DNA of 64,000 bases from an uncultured Candidatus Rokubacteria bacterium (GCA_963758635.1 CAVWWD010000009.1:1-64000), one strand, 5' to 3'; positions 1-10,941 are shown, numbered from the stretch's first letter. Notes: generated by a model from the letters alone, not told the origin. Program-made: numbers and translations.

Positions 1-448
1 TGTGCGTGAGGACCAGGTCCCGCTCACGGACGAGCTCATAGTAGCGGACGATGTTGTCCCTGAACTCCGGGCGGTTCCGCGCGAAGTAGTCCCCGGCGCC
101 CGCCATGGCCATGACGCTGACGTTCAGGAAGTCGGGCGTGCGGCCCATCATGCCGTAGCTCGTGCGGGCCCAGTGGGACATCATCGCGCGTCGTCGCGCC
201 AGGTCGTCGGTGGTCTTGGGCGTGATGAAGGAGAGACCGACGCGCTCCCCCGTGGTCGGCGACAGGTACGTCATCGCGTCGCGGAGCGCCGGGTCGTGCT
301 GCATGTCGTAGAGCGCGGCGACCGAGCGCGCGCCGCCGGCCAGGCCGGGGAAGGTCGTGACGTCCTCGACGCGCTGGCCGCCGAGGTGGACGTCGCGGGG
401 CTGGGCCCGCAGTCCGGCGAGGTACTGTGCTCCGGTGCGCGTGGGCAT
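1..448 (-). CDS. hpaB: 4-hydroxyphenylacetate 3-monooxygenase oxygenase component (HpaB family), runs off window start
   Basis: Manual translation (not in track): MPTRTGAQYLAGLR..DVHLGGQRVEDVTT..GMMGRTPDFLN; GGAGG RBS upstream. Confidence 0.85.
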   Translation of the reverse strand, partial: MPTRTGAQYLAGLRAQPRDVHLGGQRVEDVTTFPGLAGGARSVAALYDMQHDPALRDAMTYLSPTTGERVGLSFITPKTTDDLARRRAMMSHWARTSYGMMGRTPDFLNVSVMAMAGAGDYFARNRPEFRDNIVRYYELVRERDLVLTH

Positions 449-483
449 GGCCTGACCTCCGATGGTGACCCCTTCCACATGGG

Positions 484-540
484 CCCCCTCTCCCTTCGAG
501 GGAGAGGGCCGGGGTGAGGGTCGGTCGCACAATCTCACGG
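484..540. repeat. BoxC/REP-like palindromic repeat, copy 1
   Basis: CCCTCTCCC-ttcga-GGGAGAGGG-ccggggtgagggtcggtcg; shared with 10843, 20797, 38654. Confidence 0.8.
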
Positions 541-667
541 ATCGATGGCGGCAGCCTCCAACCAGTTCCGCGTCGGGTCAGCGCGAGCATAGTCCGATCG
601 GCGGCGCTCCGGAAGCGCGTCCGGCCGGCCCGCCGCGGCCCGTGATACGATCGCCCGCGTCTCTTCC

Positions 668-1976
668 ATGCCTTCCCTGACAACGACGTCAGCCTCGCCG
701 CCCGGCCGCGCGAAGCTCATGACGACGCTCTTCGTGGCCCAGGTCTGCGGCAGCGCCGGCCACTCCATCATCATGGCGGTGGGCGGCATCATGGCCGCCA
801 GCATCACCGGCACCAACACGTGGGCGGGCCTGCCCGTGGGCGTCGGCGCCCTCGGCGCCGCGCTCGCGAGCTGGCCGCTCAGCCGCTTCATGGGCCACGC
901 GGGGCGGCGGCGCGGCCTGGCGCTCGGCTACGGCATCGCCGTGGCCGGGGCGCTGCTCTGCATCGTCGGCGCGGCGGTGCGGAGCTTCCCCCTCATGCTG
1001 GCCGGCATGACGCTGTTCGGCGTCTCCAACACGTCGAACCTGCTCGCGCGCTACGCGGCCGCCAACGTCAGCGCGGCGGCGGAGCGCGGGCGCGCGATGG
1101 GGCTGATCGTGTGGGGCTCGGCGGTGGGATCGATCGTCGGCCCGAACCTGATGGGTTCAGCGGCCTCGCTGGGCAGCGGGCTCGGGCTCTCGGCGGCGGC
1201 GAGCGCGTTCCTGATCAGCGTGGCCGGATACGCTCTCAGCGCGCTTGCTCGTCGAGCTGTTCCTCCGTCCGGACCCGCTGGCCATCGCGCGCCGCCATCC
1301 CGAGCTCGCGGGTCCGCGCGAGAGCGCGGCGGGCGCCCGCTCGTTCGCCGGCATCCTCGGCGACGCGCGCGTGCAGATCGCGTTCGCCAGCCTCACCGTC
1401 AGCCAGTTCGTGATGATCGGCACCACCTCCACGTCGCCCGTCTACCTGCACGATCACGGCCACTCCGTGCAGACGATCGGGATCGCGGTGGCCTTCCACC
1501 TGGGCGGGATGTACGTGACCTCGCCGCTGTCCGGGTGGCTCTGCGACCGCTTCGGGCGGCCGCCCATGATCGGCGCCGGCGCCCTCGTGCTGATCGTGGC
1601 CGTCATGATCGCCGGCCTCGCCCCGGGCAGCGACAGCGGGCTGGTCATCCTGGGCCTGTTCCTCAACGGGGTGGGCTGGAACCTCGCGTTCGTGGCGGCG
1701 AGCGCGCTCCTGACCGACGCGCTGTCCGCATCCGAGCGCACGTCGATCCAGGGCCTGGCCGATCTCTTCATGGGGCTGATGGGCGCGCTCGGCTCCGCCG
1801 CCGGCGGCATGGTGCTCGGCGTCTGGGGCTTCGCCGCGCTGAACGCGCTCGGCGGGGTGCTCGTGCTCGGGCCGCTCGCCGCCGCGCTGCTCCGCCGCCC
1901 CGCGCTCCGCCCCGCCCTCGCCCTGGACGCGATCGCCGCGCGCGACTCCGACGCGCCGCCCGCCGGGCGCCGCTGA
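668..1976 (+). CDS. MFS transporter (frameshift near 1245)
   Basis: Hydrophobic TM segments, GRRRGL and GWLCDRFGR loop motifs across ORFs 668.. and 1245..1976. Confidence 0.85.
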
Positions 1977-3197
1977 CGAGCGCGGCGCCCATCCTCCGGC
2001 TCTCCCTCCTCCGCCTCCGCGATTTCCGCTGCCTGGGCGCCGCCATGCTCCTGGGCTCGATCGGCATGATGGGCGAGCTGGTCGTGCTGGGCTGGCTCGC
2101 CCTCGAGCTGACGGACTCGCCCTTCCTGGTGGGCGCGGCGATGGGGGCGCGCGCGCTGCCGCTCTTCTTCGTGGGCGTGCCCGCGGGCGTGCTCGCCGAC
2201 CGCGTGCCCCGGCACCGGCTGCTCATGGCCACCGCCACCGCGGCCGCGTTGACGTCGGGGGCCCTCGGCGCGCTCACCCTGGCCGGCGCGGTGAGCCTCA
2301 CGCTGCTCGTGCTGCTCACGCTTCTCTCCGGCGTGGCGCGGGCCGTGGAGCACGCGGCGAGGCAGAGCTACACCCACGACGTGGTGGGAGGGGCGGCGCT
2401 GGTGAACGCGTTCGCCATCCTCGGCGTCGCCATGCGCTCGGGATGGCTCGTGGGCTCGCTCGGCGCCGGCGTGGTGATCGCCCGCTGGGGCTCCGGCGGG
2501 GCGTACCTCGCGGTGTCGGTCGCCTACCTGGCGGGCGGCGCCGCGTATCTCTGGGCGTCGCCGGGGACGCGCGCGATGACGGCGGGGACCGCGTCCCTCT
2601 GGCAGGGCATCGTCGACTTCCTCGTCGTGCTGCGGAGGGACCGCCTGCTGCTCGTCCTGATGCTGCTCACCGCGGGCGCCGAGGTGCTGGGCTTCTGCCA
2701 CCAGGCGCTCCTGCCCAGCATCGCCCGCGACGTCCTGCGCGCGGGGCCGGAGACGCTCGGCGTGCTGAACGCGGCGCGGTCGGTGGGCGGCATCCTGGGC
2801 CTCGTGGCCTCCATGGGCGCGACGGCGCGGGGCAGCGGCATGCTCTTCCTGGCCGTGCTCCTCTCGTTCGGCGCGAGCGTGATGCTCCTCGGCGCCGCGC
2901 CGTACGTGGTGGGACTGGCCGGCGTGGTGCTGGTGCTGGTCGTGGTCAACGCCGCGGGCGCCCTCGCCGACCTGCTCGCGCAGAGCCTGCTCCAGCTCAG
3001 CGTGCCCGACCGAGCTGCGCGGGCGCGCCGGCGGCGCGTGGGTGGTGGCGATCGGCCTCGCGCCGCTCGGCCAGCTCCAGATCGGCGCCCTGGCGTCGCT
3101 CTTCGGCGTGAGCGCGGCGCTGGGCGCGAGCGGCGCGGCGCTCGTGGCGCTCACCGCCGCCGTCGCCTGGTGGTCGCCGCGGGCGCGCAAGCTCTGA
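1973..3197 (+). CDS. MFS transporter (frameshift near 3010; start approximate)
   Basis: LALELTDSPFLVG, GVLADRVPR motif A; C-terminus LRGRAGGAW..ARKL* in another frame. Confidence 0.8.
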
Positions 3198-3233
3198 CGC
3201 CGGACCGCGCCGCTCTGCGTCACACGGGCCTGG

Positions 3234-3261
3234 TTGACAGCGCCGGGCCCGCACCTACACT
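3234..3261 (+). promoter_or_regulatory. sigma70-like promoter
   Basis: TTGACA-16nt-TACACT upstream of the 3302 gene. Confidence 0.55.
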
Positions 3262-3301
3262 CGATCATCAGCGGACGTCGACACGCTCCGAGGAGGCGAC
3301 C

Positions 3302-4738
3302 ATGACGTCAGGCAACCCCCACGTGTTCCAGATCCGGCCCGGCATGCGCCGCGAGCTCGTCACCGAGGTGCCGTTGCCCACGCGGCTCGTCTCCAACGAG
3401 GAGTTCCCGCCCCTGCCCCAGACCGCCGAGCAGCGCGCGGTGGAACACCGCATCCTCGCCGACGCGGGCCGGCTGGCGCCGCGCCTCGGGATGAGCCGGC
3501 GGCGCTTCCTCCAGACGACGGGCGGGATGGCAACGTCGCTCCTCGCCATGAACGCCGTGTTCGGCCGCTTCTTCGACGTGCTGCCCGTGGAGGCGGCGGA
3601 CCAGTCGGCGTTCAAGGAGCGCTCGGGCGATCCGTTCTTCATCTTCGACGCGCAGCTCCACTACGTGAGCTCCGCGTACCAGGGCCCGTTCAGCCAGCCG
3701 CTCCTCGGGCTCCGCGCGCGGTCGCGCCGTCTCAACCCGAAGCTCGCCTCCGACACCGGCACCATGGCGGATCTCGCCTGGAGCAACATGGTCAAGGAGG
3801 TGTTCCTCGACAGCGAGACCGACATCGGGCTGATCTCGACCCCGCCCGGGCCGTATCCGCAGGAGGCGCCGCTGCCGCCGAAGGAGATGACCCACATCCG
3901 CGACGAGATCAACCGCGTCACCGGCTCGCGCCGCATGCTCGCCCACGGGCTCATCACGCCCCAGCTCGGCCAGGTCGACCTCGACTTCATGGACCAGCAG
4001 GCGGCGCAGCTCAAGGTGGACGCCTGGAAGGGGTACACGGGCGCGGCGGCCAAGGGGTTCGACCGCGGCTGGTTCGTCGACGACGAGAAGATCGCGTATC
4101 CGATGCTGGAGCGGGCCCGCAAGCTCGGCGTCAAGCGCGTGTGCCTGCACAAGGGCCTCCCCCTCGGGCCCGTGGCCGACTTCAACCACCCGCGCGACAT
4201 GATCAAGGCCGCGCGCGACTTCCCGGACCTCGACTTCCTCGCCTACCACGCCGGGCTCCTCACCGTGCCCTCGGGCCAGTCGGCGGACGTGCCCTGGACC
4301 ACCGAGTTCTGCCAGGCCGTGAAGAAGGCCGGCCTCAAGAACATCTACATGGAGGTCGGCTCGACCTTCGGCCAGCTCGTCACCACCAACCCCACCGCGT
4401 GCGCCCACGTGATGGGCCAGATGGTGGACGCGTTCGGCGTGGACCACGTCCTGTGGGGCACCGACTCGATCTGGTACGGGACGCCGCAGTGGCAGATCGA
4501 CGCGTTCCGCCGCTTCGAGATCCCGCAGGCCCTCGTCGACAAGCACGGCTACGCGCCGCTCACGCGCCAGGCCAAGGCCCAGATCTTCGGGCTGAACGCC
4601 GCGCGTCTCTTCGGCGTGGACGTGAACGCCAAGCGCAACGAGATCCCGAAGGACTACCTCACGCGGATGAAGATGAGCTACCTCGACGAGGGCGGCCCGC
4701 GCCGGAGCCACCACTGGTACGGCTGGGTGGCGTCCTGA
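3302..4738 (+). CDS. Amidohydrolase family protein (amidohydro_2-like)
   Basis: DAQLH, CLHKG, AYHAG, LWGTDSIW motifs; GAGGAGG RBS. Confidence 0.85.
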   Translation: MTSGNPHVFQIRPGMRRELVTEVPLPTRLVSNEEFPPLPQTAEQRAVEHRILADAGRLAPRLGMSRRRFLQTTGGMATSLLAMNAVFGRFFDVLPVEAADQSAFKERSGDPFFIFDAQLHYVSSAYQGPFSQPLLGLRARSRRLNPKLASDTGTMADLAWSNMVKEVFLDSETDIGLISTPPGPYPQEAPLPPKEMTHIRDEINRVTGSRRMLAHGLITPQLGQVDLDFMDQQAAQLKVDAWKGYTGAAAKGFDRGWFVDDEKIAYPMLERARKLGVKRVCLHKGLPLGPVADFNHPRDMIKAARDFPDLDFLAYHAGLLTVPSGQSADVPWTTEFCQAVKKAGLKNIYMEVGSTFGQLVTTNPTACAHVMGQMVDAFGVDHVLWGTDSIWYGTPQWQIDAFRRFEIPQALVDKHGYAPLTRQAKAQIFGLNAARLFGVDVNAKRNEIPKDYLTRMKMSYLDEGGPRRSHHWYGWVAS

Positions 4739-4826
4739 CCGGCGCCTGCTCGCGCATCGCGAGCGAGTCGTCCCAGGCGGGGCCGCGGATGTGGCGCACC
4801 GCCATGTCCGTCGGCAACCGGGTCGC

Positions 4827-5790
4827 TCACGCCCAGGCGCTGGCCGCGTCGAGGGCGGCGCGGGCCTCGGCGTCGAGCTGGAGCTCGACGCCGCCGACCA
4901 GCTCCTTGAGCTGGGCCACGGTGGTGGCGCTGGCGATGGGCGCGGTGATGCCGGGACGGTGGGCGAGCCAGGAGAGCGCGACCTGGGCGGGCGTGGCGCC
5001 GGCGGCGGCCGCCACCTTCTCCACCGCCTCCAGGATGGCGAAGCCGCGGTCGGTCATGTAGGCCTTCTGCACGCCGCCGGCGCGCGCCGTCTTCGGCAGC
5101 TCGCCGCCGCGGCGGTACTTGCCGGAGAGGAAGCCGCTCCCCAGCGACGAGTACGGGATCACGCCGACGCCCTGCTCCAGGCAGAGCGGCTCCAGCTCGC
5201 GCTCGTACTCGTCGCGGAAGACCAGGTTGTACTTGGGCTGGAGCGACTCGTAGCGGGCGAAGCCGCCGCGGTCGCTCTCCCACAGGGCGCGCGTGAGCCG
5301 CCACGCGTGGTAGTTGGACGCGCCGACGTAGCGGACCTTGCCCTGCGTGACCAGGTCGTCGAAGGCGCGCAGCGTCTCCGCGAGCGGCGTCTCGCGATCG
5401 TCCCAGTGCGCCTGGTAGACGTCGATGAAATCGGTGCGCAGGCGCGAGAGCGACGCCTCCACGCCCTGCATGATGTGCTGGCGCGAGAGCCCGGTGTCGT
5501 TGGGCCCGGGCCCCATCGGCCCCATGACCTTGCGTGGCGATGATCACGGACTGGCGGTTGCCGCGCGCGGCCATCCACGCGCCGAGCGCCGTCTCCGACT
5601 CGCCGCCCGTGTTGCCGGGCGCCCACCGCGCGTACACGTCGGCGGTGTCGATGAAGTTGCCGCCCGCCTCCACGTAGGCGTCCAGCACGGCTTCCGACGC
5701 CTTCTGGTCGGTGGTCCAGCCGAAGGTGTTGCCGCCCAGGCAGAGGGCGGCCACGCGGAGCCCGGTGCGTCCCAGCTTTCGCATCAGCAT
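4827..5790 (-). CDS. Aldo/keto reductase (frameshift near 5530)
   Basis: RKLGRTGLRV..LGGNTFG, GGNFIDTADVY, GKVRYVGASN, PYSSLGSGFL. Confidence 0.9.
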
Positions 5791-5912
5791 GCTCGATCGT
5801 CTCCTCTGAGAGTTTCTGAAGGAATGGCGAGCCAAATCCGCGTGCGTCCGCAGAAGCGCGGTGTTTGCCCGCAGGGCGAAGTCGACATCCGCATTCCGTC
5901 ACGGCTCTGAGA

Positions 5913-6662
5913 TCAGGTTTCGGCGGACGGTCCCGCCACGATGCGCTCGTGGAGCGCGCAGAGCACCTCGTCGACCATCGCCGACGCCCAGACGCGCGGC
6001 CACATCGAGCTCTGGAGCGCGCGCCAGTCGTCCATGAAGCGCGCCCAGGCCTGGTCACGGTCCTCGCCCGGCCGCGCGGCCTGCATGGCCGCCACGATGC
6101 GCGCCCGCCGGCTGTGATGGACGATCGGCCGCTCGATGTAGTGGTACAGGTGGCGGAAGTCCTTCGTGAAGAACGCGGCGACGGGCACGGACTGGTACGT
6201 GCGCCCGTCCTGCTCGCGCAGGAACTCGTTCACGATGTCCGCGTTCGGCGACTCGCGCGGGTCGGCGGCCGGGCCCTCGCCGAGCTTCACGCCGTCGCGG
6301 TTGAAGATGCGCAGCTCGAGGCCGCCGGCCTCGGCGAGCCGCTGCAGCATGGGCACGTCGCGGCGGCAATCAGACGACCACTCCTCGGAGATGACGAGGA
6401 CGCGGGCGGGCCCGTCGGGCTGGGCGGCGAGCCAGCGGATGGCCTCGACCTGCGCTCCGCCCACGCGCGCCTCCGCGTACCAGGAGCGGAGGATGCCGCT
6501 CAGGTCCTTCCGCTCGCGCCCCAGCCACCAGCCGGCCTCGCGGGCGAGGTTCTCGGGGGTCGCCGTGTAGCGCACGTACTCGTCGAACGTCATGCCCCGG
6601 GCGAACCGCTCGGCCGTCACCACGCTCTGCGCCCGCTCCATGGCCCCGTCACCGGCCCACAT
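5913..6662 (-). CDS. Thioredoxin-fold protein (SxxC variant)
   Basis: VLVISEEWSSDCRRDVP and QSVPVAAF cis-Pro motif; start at 6662 or 6641. Confidence 0.7.
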   Translation of the reverse strand: MWAGDGAMERAQSVVTAERFARGMTFDEYVRYTATPENLAREAGWWLGRERKDLSGILRSWYAEARVGGAQVEAIRWLAAQPDGPARVLVISEEWSSDCRRDVPMLQRLAEAGGLELRIFNRDGVKLGEGPAADPRESPNADIVNEFLREQDGRTYQSVPVAAFFTKDFRHLYHYIERPIVHHSRRARIVAAMQAARPGEDRDQAWARFMDDWRALQSSMWPRVWASAMVDEVLCALHERIVAGPSAET

Positions 6663-7043
6663 CACTTCGCGGGCGCGTCCTTGACCTCCATCAGCGCGGA
6701 GAGCCCACGGTGGAAGGTGGGCGCGCCGCCCGGCACCAGGCAGGTCTCGAGCACCTCGAACAGCTCCTCGCGGGTGGCGCCGAGGCGGATGGCCCGCTCC
6801 ATGTGCGCGACGAGCGCAGGACGGTCGGCGCCGCGGAAGGCGAGCAGCGCGATGGCCACGAACTCGCGCACCTTCGCGGAGACGTGCCGGCCCTCGCCCA
6901 GGCCCAGCTCGTACATGCGGTTGTACGTCTCGACGAAGTCCGGGTCCTGCCGCGCCGCGAACTCCCATTCCGGGTAGATGTAGCCGCGCGCCGCCTTCAT
7001 GCGCGCGATCAGCTCGTCCGAGCGCGTGCCGTCCGTCGTTCAT
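6662..7043 (-). CDS. Carboxymuconolactone decarboxylase/AhpD-like protein
   Basis: KVREFVAIALL..HMERAIRLGATREELFEVL; 5' end apparently frameshifted (track start 7000). Confidence 0.8.
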
Positions 7044-7954
7044 GGCTTCCCTCCGCGCGGCGTGCGCGGCCGCGGCGCACGCGGCACGGCGTCGCCCGCC
7101 GGCGTGTCCTCGGTCCGCTTCCATCCCGGGTCGAACGCCTGCCCCGCCTCGTCGAGGTCGACCACGAGCGGCGTGTGGTCCGAGGGCAGAGGCTTCCCCT
7201 TCCGGGCCTCGCGGTCGATCTCCGTCCACACCACGCGCGCGGCGAGACCGGACGTCAGCAGCAGATGGTCGATGCGCATGCCCTCGTTCTTGTGGAACGC
7301 CCCGGCGCGGTAGTCCCACCACGTGAAGCGGGCGGGCTCCGTGTGCCGCGCGCGGTACGCATCGGTGAGGCCCCAGCGGCAGAGGCGCGCGAACGCCTCG
7401 CGCTCGGCGGGTGACACGTGCGTGCCCCCGTGGCACGCCGCGGGATCCCACACGTCGGCGTCGGCAGGCGCCACGTTGAAGTCGCCGCCGAGGAGGAGCG
7501 GGTCGGCGGGCGTGGCCGCGGTCTCCAGCCACCGGGCGAGCCGCTCGTACCACGCGAGCTTGGCCTCGTAGAACGGCGAGTCGACGGAGCGGCCGTTCGG
7601 CGCGTAGAGGCTCACCACGCGCACGCCGCCGCACACCGCGGCGACCATGCGCGCCTCGGCGAGCGGCTCGTCGTCGCCCACGTCGGCGGTGCGCGGGGCG
7701 CGTCGCGGCTCGCCGAAGTTCGGCACAACGTCCGCGATGCCCACGCGGCTCGCGATGGCCACGCCGTTCCAGCGGCCTTCTCCGTGATGCGCGAGCTCGT
7801 AGCCCGCGTTGCGGAACGTGTCCGCGGGCGCATCGTCGTCGGACAGCTTCGTCTCCTGCATGAGGAGGACGTCCGGGCGCGCGCGATCGAGCCACCAGAG
7901 GACCTTGTCCACCCGGGCACGGAGGGAATTCACGTTCCACGTGGCGATACGCAT
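7040..7954 (-). CDS. xth: Exodeoxyribonuclease III
   Basis: MRIATWNVNSLR, MQETK, YAPNG, GDFNVAP, TWWDYR, RIDH, SDHTP. Confidence 0.95.
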   Translation of the reverse strand: MRIATWNVNSLRARVDKVLWWLDRARPDVLLMQETKLSDDDAPADTFRNAGYELAHHGEGRWNGVAIASRVGIADVVPNFGEPRRAPRTADVGDDEPLAEARMVAAVCGGVRVVSLYAPNGRSVDSPFYEAKLAWYERLARWLETAATPADPLLLGGDFNVAPADADVWDPAACHGGTHVSPAEREAFARLCRWGLTDAYRARHTEPARFTWWDYRAGAFHKNEGMRIDHLLLTSGLAARVVWTEIDREARKGKPLPSDHTPLVVDLDEAGQAFDPGWKRTEDTPAGDAVPRAPRPRTPRGGKP

Positions 7955-8160
7955 GGAGGGATGGATGGTAGCACGCTCTCCAAGAGGCGCTCGCTGATGC
8001 CCGGCGGGACGCCGGGCGCTTGCCGATGCCCCGGGCAAGCTCGTTCTGGGACCCATCCGAGGGCCTCCCGGCGCCGCTGGACTTCTTCCCGGCTGAGTCC
8101 TACTGTTCACTCATCGATGCGCACGATAGCGATCACTCCGTCATCATATCGAGCCGAAAA

Positions 8161-8406
8161 ATGAGTACGTCATCTGACCGCCTCGTCCTGATCGTCCGTC
8201 CCGACCGCCAAGAGCTGCTCGAGGTCTTCGCCGCGGTGCCCGGCCTGGTCGGCATGGTCGCGCAGGTCGACCGCCGGCAGCGGCACGACCGCCGCCACGA
8301 CCGCCGATCGCGCGTTGCGACTGAGCGCCGGCACCAGGACCGGCGGACCCGGCGCTGGGTGACCGAGGCCCTCGAGACCCAGGGGTTCGTGGTGGTGCAG
8401 GCGTGA
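8161..8406 (+). CDS. Small hypothetical protein with DRR/ERR repeats
   Basis: [45 protein letters not shown] overlap with next ORF. Confidence 0.55.
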   Translation: MSTSSDRLVLIVRPDRQELLEVFAAVPGLVGMVAQVDRRQRHDRRHDRRSRVATERRHQDRRTRRWVTEALETQGFVVVQA

Positions 8407-8621
8407 TCGAGCGACGCGACCTCGCGTCGCTGCACCTCGTCACGGAGCAGATCGGCGGGCGGTGGTACGGCGTCCTCTACCGGCGGTCGGCCGCGCCCCA
8501 GGTCATGACCGTCGACGAGGTCGCGCACCGGGTCTGGGTGTCGGGTCCCTGCGCGGACGAAGCGGAGGCGCGCCGGCTCGCCGAGGACGAGGTGGCGCGG
8601 AGGGCGGGTCCGAGGACGTGA
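8403..8621 (+). CDS. Small hypothetical protein
   Basis: Coupled to previous ORF, protein-like composition. Confidence 0.45.
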   Translation: MIERRDLASLHLVTEQIGGRWYGVLYRRSAAPQVMTVDEVAHRVWVSGPCADEAEARRLAEDEVARRAGPRT

Positions 8622-8843
8622 GGGCCACCCCTGCCCCACCTGCTCGCCCGGCGCCGCTCTTCCACCTCGACCCGCCGCTGCGCGACTACCCGCTGTTCGG
8701 AGAGGCCAGCTACGTCGCGAGCTGCGACCCGGCCAGCGGTTCGTCCCGGTGCCGACACGGGCGGGCGGCTGTTGGTGGGTGCCGATCCTTGGCGCGTCCA
8801 CATGAGCGAATCGCGGGGAAGCACTTCGAAGAGGAGACCAGCT

Positions 8844-9047
8844 ATGGCCCAGCAGCCTCCACGGATCGTGCAAATTTCACCGATCGCGGCCCTGGCTCCC
8901 CCGCACGAGGTCACGGTGTTCGGCCTCGATGACGAAGGAGGGTTGTGGAAGTGGGACTCTGGCATGGCGCCTGCGGAGTGGGCCCAGGTCTGCATGCCGG
9001 TGAAGACGCGCGCCACGCAGGCGCATTGGGTCGCGAAGCCGACGTAA
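8844..9047 (+). CDS. Small hypothetical protein
   Basis: GAGGAG RBS then MAQQPPRIVQISPI..VFGLDDEGGLWKW. Confidence 0.55.
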   Translation: MAQQPPRIVQISPIAALAPPHEVTVFGLDDEGGLWKWDSGMAPAEWAQVCMPVKTRATQAHWVAKPT

Positions 9048-9169
9048 CGGACGCGGATCTCGCCGGTGCTAACATGTCACCCCTCGGCGGCTCCGCGCTC
9101 GATCGGACGACGAGGCCCGCATCACATCCGCTGGTCCTCAGGGACTGGTCCTCAGGGGGAGGAAGGCTC

Positions 9170-10831
9170 ATGAAGGTCAAGGCGGCCAATGGCTTCGCGA
9201 AGATCCTCAAGGCCGAGGGCATCCCGTGGGTGAGCTGCTATCCGACCAACCACGTGAACAACGCGCTCGGCGAGGAGGGCGTGCCCATCCTGATGATGGG
9301 CGAGGAGCGCTTCGCGGTGGCGGTGGCCGACGGCTTCTCGCGCGTGACCGGCGGCAAGCAGATCGGCGCGTGCACCATCATGGCCAACCTGAACGCCGCG
9401 GGCATCCAGATGGCGTACGGCGCCATCGGCCAGGCGTGGGAAGACTCGTCGCCCGTGCTCGTCATCACCGAGGGCGTGGGCCAGGGCGCGAGCCAGCACA
9501 CGCACTACGACATGGCCTCCGCGCTGCGCTCGGTGACCAAGTGGGTGGGGAAGATCGACCGCGCCGACCTCGTGCCCGACTATCTGCGCCGCGCCTTCAC
9601 GCACCTGCGCTCCGGCCGGCCCGGCCCCGTGCTGCTCATCGTGCCGCGCGACCTGGGCGAGTACGACACCGACGAGCACCCGTACACGCCGGTGAAGGGC
9701 TGGCGCTCGGGCCCGGACCCCGACGACGTGAAGACCGCGATCAAGACGCTCCTCGCCGCGAAGGACCCGCTCCTCTACGTGGGCGAGGGCGTCGTGTACG
9801 CCGATGCCGCCGCGGAGCTGCTGCAGTTCGCCGAGCTCGCGCAGGTGCCGGTGCTCACCACGCTGAAGGCCAAGGGGATCTTCCCGGAGAACCATCCGCT
9901 GTCCGTGGGGGTGCGCGGCTCGCACGCCGAGCACTTCCTGCGCAAGGCCGACGTGCTCTTCTCCATCGGCTCGAGCCTGTTCCCGAACCGGTTCAGCCAC
10001 TCCATCCCGGACGCCGACAAGAAGACCATCGTGCAGTGCACGGTGGACACGCTCGACATCAACCGGAGCTACGAGACGAAGAACGCCGTCATCGGCGACG
10101 CCAAGCTCACCCTGCGCGCGCTCGCCGACGAGCTCAACGCGCGCGGCGCGCGCAAGCGGCCCGAGGTGCTGGCGGAGATCCGCGAGGCCAAGCAGGCGTT
10201 CCTGGCGAAGTTCCGGCCGTGGCTCGAGTCGGACGAGACGCCGATCAATCCCTACCGCGTCCTCGGCGACCTCATGAAGGTGCTCGATCCCAAGGCCTCG
10301 TTCGTGACCGCGGACTCCGGCAACACGCGCGATCAGACGAGCACGGTGTACGAGGCGCAGATCCCGCGCGGGTTCCTCGGCTGGGGCAACGTGTCCACGC
10401 TGGGCTTCAGCCTGGCCGGCGCGGTGGCGGCCAAGCTCGCGTATCCCGACCGACAGTGCGTGCACGTCACCGGGGACGCCGGCGTCTGCTACATGATGGG
10501 CAACTTCGAGGCGGTGGCGCGCTACCGGATTGGCATCACCACGCTCCACATCAACAACGGCGGCTACTCCGGCTACGGCCCCGGCTTCTGGGGCGCCGGG
10601 CACGACCCCTACACGTGGAAGGTGTCCGACCACGCGAATGCGTGCATGGCCACGATGGCGCGCGCCGTCGGCTTCCACGGCGAGGACGTGACGCAGCCGT
10701 CGGAGATCATTCCCGCCCTCAAGCGCGCGCTCGACGAGAACGCCAAGGGGCGCCCTGCATTCCTGGAGTTCATCAGCTCGCATCACCCGGTGCACGGCGG
10801 CTGGGTCCGCCCCGGCGCCGGCGGCCACTGA
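9170..10831 (+). CDS. Thiamine-pyrophosphate-dependent enzyme (acetolactate synthase-like)
   Basis: EERFAVAVADGFSR, SGRPGPV, TPP motif GDAG..NNGG. Confidence 0.9.
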   Translation: MKVKAANGFAKILKAEGIPWVSCYPTNHVNNALGEEGVPILMMGEERFAVAVADGFSRVTGGKQIGACTIMANLNAAGIQMAYGAIGQAWEDSSPVLVITEGVGQGASQHTHYDMASALRSVTKWVGKIDRADLVPDYLRRAFTHLRSGRPGPVLLIVPRDLGEYDTDEHPYTPVKGWRSGPDPDDVKTAIKTLLAAKDPLLYVGEGVVYADAAAELLQFAELAQVPVLTTLKAKGIFPENHPLSVGVRGSHAEHFLRKADVLFSIGSSLFPNRFSHSIPDADKKTIVQCTVDTLDINRSYETKNAVIGDAKLTLRALADELNARGARKRPEVLAEIREAKQAFLAKFRPWLESDETPINPYRVLGDLMKVLDPKASFVTADSGNTRDQTSTVYEAQIPRGFLGWGNVSTLGFSLAGAVAAKLAYPDRQCVHVTGDAGVCYMMGNFEAVARYRIGITTLHINNGGYSGYGPGFWGAGHDPYTWKVSDHANACMATMARAVGFHGEDVTQPSEIIPALKRALDENAKGRPAFLEFISSHHPVHGGWVRPGAGGH

Positions 10832-10842
10832 TGCGTCTCCTT

Positions 10843-10938
10843 CCCCCTCTCCCTTCGAGGGAGAGGGTCGGTCGTGCGGTCTCGCGGTGGGTCACGTCCA
10901 CCACCCCTCACCCTACCCTCTCCCCTCCGGGGAGAGGG
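10843..10938. repeat. BoxC/REP-like element with two inverted arms, copy 2
   Basis: CCCTCTCCCttcgaGGGAGAGGGtcggtcgtgc..CCCCTCACCCTACCCTCTCCCCtccGGGGAGAGGG. Confidence 0.85.
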
Positions 10939-10941
10939 TAG

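Noticed and set aside
668..4738. 1356-aa MFS-MFS-amidohydrolase fusion ORF
   Set aside because: Chimera from frameshifts and GC-rich read-through; each gene has its own stop or RBS in other frames.
4739..4806. Short minus-strand MAVRHIRGPAWDDSLAMREQ peptide, possibly a YciI-like remnant
   Set aside because: Too short to support without a database search.
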